From a bacterium (lineage in GTDB: Bacteria; UBA8248), in the NCBI GenBank assembly GCA_965202625.1, contig CBDBBI010000010.1:2784001-2848000 (forward strand): a stretch of DNA of 64,000 bases, in the 5' to 3' direction. The notes under the pieces are model-generated. The model was not told the DNA's origin, did no database searches, and saw nothing but the letters and a program-made list of their open reading frames with translations. The translations under genes and the position numbers were made by a program. Positions 58,932 through 64,000 of the stretch are shown here, piece by piece. The first letter of the stretch is position 1. The number at the start of each line of letters is the position of its first letter.

Positions 58932-61550
58932 ATGCGCCGACTCGATTATCAGGATCGCGTTCTGACGAGGCTGGATGCCTACCTGGAAATCCTCGTCAAG
59001 GAAAAGAAAAACGCCGATAAGGTATCGAAGATCGTCGCCGAAAATCCGGGCGTTGACATTCCTGTCCCCGACTTCACGGAAACGACGTGGGAAAAGATGC
59101 GAGAAGCGGGCGGACTGCCGCCTTCTCGGTCCGGCATCCCCTTTTCGAGGCGGCGGGACGAAATGGAAAGGCCCGTGCCGAACATTGTGATGAAAGTTCC
59201 CACCGGCGGCGGCAAAACCTTTTTGGCCGTCAACGCCGTGTCGCGGGTTATGGGAAGCTATCTCAGCAAGAGAGTCGGCTTCGTCCTCTGGATCGTCCCG
59301 AACGAGGCGATTTACGCGCAGACGCTCAAACGCTTCAGGACCAGGAGCGATCCCTATCGCCAGATGCTGGATGCTGCGGGGGCCGGCGGTGTCCGCATCA
59401 TGGAAAAGGGCGACCGGCTGGATACGCGCGACGTGGAAGAGAATCTCTGCGTCATGCTGTTGATGCTGCAATCCGCCAATCGTGAGAGCAAGGAATCTTT
59501 ACGGATGTTCAGGGATCGGGGCGACGTTCACGGGTTCACTCCGGATCAAGGGGATCAACTCGCGCATAAAAGGATGCTGGAGAAGGTTCCGAATCTGGAT
59601 CGCTATGATCTGGCGGAAAGCCCGCTCATGTGGCCGATGATCAAGGATTCGCTGGGCAACGCGCTTCGGATCGTCCGTCCGGTCGTGGTTCTGGACGAAG
59701 GCCACAAAGCGACTTCCCAACTCGCTCTGGATACCCTCTACGGCTTCAACCCCTGTTTCGTTCTGGAACTTACGGCGACGCCGAAGGACGTGTATGCTCG
59801 CGGCGGCAGGAATCCGCGCCCCGCACGGTATGCGAACGTGCTGGTGGACGTCACGGGAGTGGAGCTGGACCGCGAGGGCATGATCAAGATGCCTCTCCAT
59901 CTCGACCCGCTACAGGATACCGACTGGAAAAACACGCTGAATGCCGCGCTGGAAAGACTTCGCGACTTGGAGGGCGAAGCGGAGGCGTTTCGCGCCGACA
60001 GCAACTGTTATATCCGGCCCATCCTACTGGTGCAGGTCGAGCGCACGGGCGGGGATCAGCTGAAAGCGGGCCTCATTCACGCGGAGGACGTGAAGGAGTG
60101 GTTGCTGACCGCCGGTTTCGATGAGGCGGAAATCGTTGTCAAGACAGCGGAGCGCAACGATCTGAATCAGCCCGAGAATCAGGACCTGCTCTCGCCGATG
60201 AACCGGGTGCGCGTCATCATCACGCGCCAGGCGTTGCAGGAAGGGTGGGACTGCCCCTTCGCCTATATCCTGTGTGCCCTTGCGGCAAGCTCCAACTCAA
60301 GCGCGATGACCCAGCTCGTCGGGCGCATCTTGCGCCAGCCGCACGCGATGAAAACGGGAATAGAATCGCTCGACGGGTGCTACGTCATCACCCATCACGC
60401 ATCGACGGCTGAGGTGGTGAAATCGGTGAAGGAGGGTCTGGAAAGGGATGGGCTGGGCGACCTCGTCCCGGAAATTGTCGGGGGCGGAGACAATGCAAAT
60501 GGCGGCGGTTTGCGGCGAATCGACCGGCGTGAGGGATTCGCCAAAACAGAAATCCATCTGCCCCGCGTCCTGATCGTCGATGAGGAAGAAGTGCGCGACC
60601 TCGACTATGAGACCGACGTCGCTTCCCCGATTGACTGGCGCGGCTTCGATCCTTCCACCATCGCCTGGGGGATTTCCGAGAACGTCCGGCCGGTGGAAGG
60701 ACAGTTGGTGGTGTTTCAAATCAAGGAGAAACCGGAAGCCTCGATCGTTCATGAAGCCGTCGCTTCGAGCGTCGAGACGATGACTTTTCATCCTGCTTAC
60801 GCGGTCCGCATGATCTCCGATATTGTGCCGAACGTGTTCGTCGGTCAGGAAATCGTAGGCGCATTCGTCAAGGCCCTCGAAAAACGCGGTTTCAGCGAGG
60901 AAAGGCTGGGCGGCTTGAGCGGGCTGCTCATTGAGGAGCTGCGCAAGGGACTGGAAAGGGAGCGCGGCGTCAGGGCGGAGAGGATGTTTCGTCGAAAGGT
61001 CAAGGACGGAGAAATCCAGTTCCGCCTTCGGGCGGACGGTCGCAACTGGCGAATGCCTTTCTACATCGACACGTCTGAGCCGGAAGGGGCGGATCAACTG
61101 AACGGAGCGGATGGCGGGCCATTGAGGCGCAGTCTGTTCTCGCCGGTATACAAAGCGGAATTGAATGGAGAAGAGCGGGCCGTCGCGGTATATCTCGACA
61201 AGGAGAAAGCCCTCTCGTGGTGGCATCGCAACGCCGCGCGCTCGCAATATGGTCTTCAGGGATGGAAGCGGCACAGGATATACCCGGACTTTATATTCGC
61301 GCAGACAATGGCGGACGATAAGTCCAGGTTCATCGTCCTTGAAACCAAGGGCGACTATCTCGACAATCTGGACACGGAGTATAAACGCTGCCTGCTCGCT
61401 CTTATGTCCGAGAATTTCTCATGGAACAATACCCTCCGGGCCGGAGAGCTTGAGCTGGTTCGGGAGAATGGCGAGATAGTCAAGTGCGCGCTGGTGCTGA
61501 TGAGTGAATGGCAAACAAATCTGCCGGAGCTCTTGGCTTCCAATACGTGA
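58932..61550 (+). CDS. res: Type III R-M restriction helicase-nuclease (Res)
   Basis: PTGGGKT, DEGH, EGWDCP, QLVGRILRQP, PDF...ETKG. Confidence 0.88.
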   Translation: MRRLDYQDRVLTRLDAYLEILVKEKKNADKVSKIVAENPGVDIPVPDFTETTWEKMREAGGLPPSRSGIPFSRRRDEMERPVPNIVMKVPTGGGKTFLAVNAVSRVMGSYLSKRVGFVLWIVPNEAIYAQTLKRFRTRSDPYRQMLDAAGAGGVRIMEKGDRLDTRDVEENLCVMLLMLQSANRESKESLRMFRDRGDVHGFTPDQGDQLAHKRMLEKVPNLDRYDLAESPLMWPMIKDSLGNALRIVRPVVVLDEGHKATSQLALDTLYGFNPCFVLELTATPKDVYARGGRNPRPARYANVLVDVTGVELDREGMIKMPLHLDPLQDTDWKNTLNAALERLRDLEGEAEAFRADSNCYIRPILLVQVERTGGDQLKAGLIHAEDVKEWLLTAGFDEAEIVVKTAERNDLNQPENQDLLSPMNRVRVIITRQALQEGWDCPFAYILCALAASSNSSAMTQLVGRILRQPHAMKTGIESLDGCYVITHHASTAEVVKSVKEGLERDGLGDLVPEIVGGGDNANGGGLRRIDRREGFAKTEIHLPRVLIVDEEEVRDLDYETDVASPIDWRGFDPSTIAWGISENVRPVEGQLVVFQIKEKPEASIVHEAVASSVETMTFHPAYAVRMISDIVPNVFVGQEIVGAFVKALEKRGFSEERLGGLSGLLIEELRKGLERERGVRAERMFRRKVKDGEIQFRLRADGRNWRMPFYIDTSEPEGADQLNGADGGPLRRSLFSPVYKAELNGEERAVAVYLDKEKALSWWHRNAARSQYGLQGWKRHRIYPDFIFAQTMADDKSRFIVLETKGDYLDNLDTEYKRCLLALMSENFSWNNTLRAGELELVRENGEIVKCALVLMSEWQTNLPELLASNT

Positions 61551-61588
61551 AGCAATGCTCTGGTGAAAGAAAGGGCGGTTCCCGAACC

Positions 61589-61617
61589 GTGGGGCGGATG
61601 CACAGGGCCGCTCCTAC
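61589..61617 (-). repeat. GTAG-type REP-like palindrome
   Basis: Minus strand GTAGGAGCGG-CCCTGTGCAT-CCGCCCCAC. Confidence 0.5.
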
Positions 61618-61797
61618 GCCCATGCTCTTACCTCTCCCTCCTTGTTCAGGATTGACCATTCTCACTCGCGCTCACCCGCATTTGTCCGCAAACTCCCCCC
61701 CGCGCGAGACTTCCAGTCTATCGCCGCGTCAAGCGATTTCGTGTATGATGCGGACGATCATAACTCATGGAGACCGCCCCGCGCATAGGAAGACGAC

Positions 61798-62811
61798 ATG
61801 AAGGTAGGCCTCTTCATCACCAACCAGCAGCGCCTCGAAACCGACATGATCAGCGCCCTGGACGAGCAATACGCGATGGTGCGCCTCGCGCGCGACAGGG
61901 GCTGGGATTCGCTCTTCACCGGACAGCACTACCTGAACGAGGGGAACAACAAGCAGCTGCAAATCGTTCCCTTTCTCGCGCGCCTGCAAGCCGAGGCGGG
62001 GGAGATGACCTTGGGCCTGGGCATATTGCTGATCAACCTCCACAATCCGGTCTACGTAGCAGAGACGGTGGCCTCGCTCGACGTGATCTGCCGCGGAAAC
62101 TTCGTTTTCGGAATCGGTCTTGGCTACCGGAAGACGGAGTTCGACGCGTTTCGGGTGCCCAAGGGGGCGCGCGTACGCCGGTTTGAGGAGTGCCTGGAGC
62201 TCGTCAAGCGGTTGTGGACGGAGGAGGAGGTCGTCTGGGAGAGCGAGGTCTGCAAACTCGACGGCGTGCGCATGAACGTCCGCCCCGTGCAGAAGCCGCA
62301 TCCTCCCATATGGGTGGCGGCGAACAACGATCGCGCCATCGAGCGCGCGGCGCGCATCGGGGAGGGCTGGTTCATCAACCCCCATTCCACCACCGCCACC
62401 ATCAGACGCCAGATGGGTCTGTATCGGGCGGAGCTGGCGCGGTGCGGCAAGCCGTTCCCCAAGGAGTTGCCCTGCATGAAGGAGGTGTTTTGCAGCCGCG
62501 ACAGAAAAACCGCCCTGGAGATGGCGGGTCCCTATCTGTTCGGCAAATACAGGGACTACGCCAAATGGGGGCAGGACGACGCGATGCCCGAGGATGAATC
62601 CTTCGATCAGGAATTCGACGACCTGCTGAAGGATCGCTTCATCATCGGCTCGCCGGAGGAATGCTACGAGCAGCTGCGCCCCTATTGGGAGGAGGTCGGG
62701 ACGAATCATCTCATCATCCGGACGCATTGGGCGGGAATGCCGCTCGCCGCGGCCCTCCACAGCATGAGAATGATATCGGACGAGCTCCTGCCCGCCTTGA
62801 AGAAAATTTGA
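61798..62811 (+). CDS. LLM class flavin/F420-dependent oxidoreductase
   Basis: HNPVYVAE, GIGLGYR, PVQKPHPPIWVAA, IGSPEEC. Confidence 0.85.
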   Translation: MKVGLFITNQQRLETDMISALDEQYAMVRLARDRGWDSLFTGQHYLNEGNNKQLQIVPFLARLQAEAGEMTLGLGILLINLHNPVYVAETVASLDVICRGNFVFGIGLGYRKTEFDAFRVPKGARVRRFEECLELVKRLWTEEEVVWESEVCKLDGVRMNVRPVQKPHPPIWVAANNDRAIERAARIGEGWFINPHSTTATIRRQMGLYRAELARCGKPFPKELPCMKEVFCSRDRKTALEMAGPYLFGKYRDYAKWGQDDAMPEDESFDQEFDDLLKDRFIIGSPEECYEQLRPYWEEVGTNHLIIRTHWAGMPLAAALHSMRMISDELLPALKKI

Positions 62812-62945
62812 GGGAAGGGATGGCCGTGCCCGAGGCACTTTTGCCGGAGGATTCGTCTGGGGGCTCGCTCGCGCATCCGCCAGAAGACGTGATATGATGA
62901 AAGACACAACGCGAAGGCGCATGTCCGCAAAACATGGGGGTCGCT

Positions 62946-63467
62946 ATGTCTGAGAAAAGGATCATATCTTTCGTTCTCAACGGAGAACCCGTCGAGGTGC
63001 TGGTTCCCGTGAACCGCTACCTGGTGGACGTCATTCGGGAGGACCTCGGAATGATGGGCACCAAGCGCTCCTGCGATCAGGGTGTATGCGGCTCCTGTTC
63101 CGTCATCGTGGACGACGTGCTCATGAGCGCGTGCCTCATTCTGGCGGTTCGCGCCGATGGCGCGCGGGTCGAGACGATAGAAGGCGTCGGCGACATGGAG
63201 AACCTCCACCCCCTGCAAGCCGCCTTCGCCTCCTATGGCGCCACCCAGTGCGGCTACTGCACGCCGGGGATGATCGTCTCCGCCAAGAATCTGCTCGATG
63301 AGAATCCCGACCCCTCCGAGTCGGAAATTCAGCACTGGCTCACCGGAAACCTGTGCCGCTGCACCGGGTATCGCAAGATCATCGAGGCGATTCGCGCCGT
63401 GGCCGAGGGCAGGACGGAGCCCGAGGCTCCGATCTCCGTGCCCACGGTGAAGGCTTACGAGGATTAA
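62946..63467 (+). CDS. CoxS-like (2Fe-2S)x2 subunit of xanthine oxidase family
   Basis: GTKRSCDQGVCGSC, QCGYCTPG, GNLCRCTGY. Confidence 0.9.
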   Translation: MSEKRIISFVLNGEPVEVLVPVNRYLVDVIREDLGMMGTKRSCDQGVCGSCSVIVDDVLMSACLILAVRADGARVETIEGVGDMENLHPLQAAFASYGATQCGYCTPGMIVSAKNLLDENPDPSESEIQHWLTGNLCRCTGYRKIIEAIRAVAEGRTEPEAPISVPTVKAYED

Positions 63468-63509
63468 CCGCCTTCTTATCCCTTATCCGCCGCAAGCCGG
63501 GAGGCCGAC

Positions 63510-63965
63510 ATGAAGCGCATGATCGAGCACGTCGCCCTGCGGGTGACGGACCTTGATCGCTCCATAGCCTTCTACCGGGACGTCATGGGCCTTGCCCCTG
63601 TGGGGCGGCGGGCGATTCATGACGGCGAGATAGAGCAGGTCGTCTTTCGGGTGGGCGAGGACGTTCTCGTCCTCTTTCGTTCAGACGTCTTCGTCTCGCA
63701 GGACCCGGACGTCAAGGGCGGCATGGATCATCTCGCCTTTTGTCTCGACGACGCGGAATACCACGCCGTCATCAAGCGCCTGCGCGCGAGCGGCCGGACG
63801 CCCCATAGGGGCGAGGAGAAGAATCTGGGCGCCTTCGGAGTGGGCTACGCCACCTATTTTTACGATCCTGACAACGTCGAGATCGAGATCAAGCGCTATG
63901 ACGATCCTCCCGAGCAGCCGGGCCCCGAATGGTATGAGAGCGGCCGGAAGATGGCCGCTTCATAA
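63510..63965 (+). CDS. VOC / glyoxalase family protein
   Basis: HVALRVTDLDRS, DHLAF, YFYDPD..EIE. Confidence 0.85.
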   Translation: MKRMIEHVALRVTDLDRSIAFYRDVMGLAPVGRRAIHDGEIEQVVFRVGEDVLVLFRSDVFVSQDPDVKGGMDHLAFCLDDAEYHAVIKRLRASGRTPHRGEEKNLGAFGVGYATYFYDPDNVEIEIKRYDDPPEQPGPEWYESGRKMAAS

Positions 63966-64000
63966 CTTCCCGCGCTCTCGCGGCATAAACTCCTAAGACT

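Noticed and set aside
62946-63467. Aerobic CO dehydrogenase locus
   Set aside because: Only a small Fe-S subunit is present, with no adjacent large or medium subunit, so no substrate can be assigned.

Overview
GC-rich bacterial chromosomal window, probably from a metagenome-type assembly because several genes carry single-base frameshifts. Most of it is catabolic and transport genes: a CocE/NonD hydrolase, two LLM monooxygenases, an acyl-CoA dehydrogenase, two ThDP enzymes, an amidase, a SolA-like oxidase, a NitT/TauT ABC transporter, znuABC-zur and a complete mrpA-G operon. Accessory DNA includes a Csu/SCPU chaperone-usher pilus operon, an orphan M.EcoRV-like methyltransferase, an Mrr-like nuclease, a type III R-M pair and a GIY-YIG pseudogene. 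The strongest candidate for an undescribed system is the minus-strand cluster at about 36.8-42.0 kb. It encodes a four-His membrane protein, a secreted protein with about 45 Asn-Pro-Cys (NPCAA/NPCAAK) repeats, a SoxA/TsdA-like monoheme cytochrome c with about 31 more NPC repeats, a diheme cytochrome c and a non-catalytic FGE-fold protein. I infer a periplasmic redox chain acting on poly-cysteine scaffolds. Also notable are a rhodanese with an in-frame UGA at the catalytic Cys plus a SECIS-like hairpin (a selenoprotein truncated by the ORF track) and a Met-rich MMKKD-repeat secreted protein downstream of a two-component system. No rRNA, tRNA, CRISPR array, transposase or reverse transcriptase was recognised. 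All family calls come from motif recognition by eye; no searches were run.
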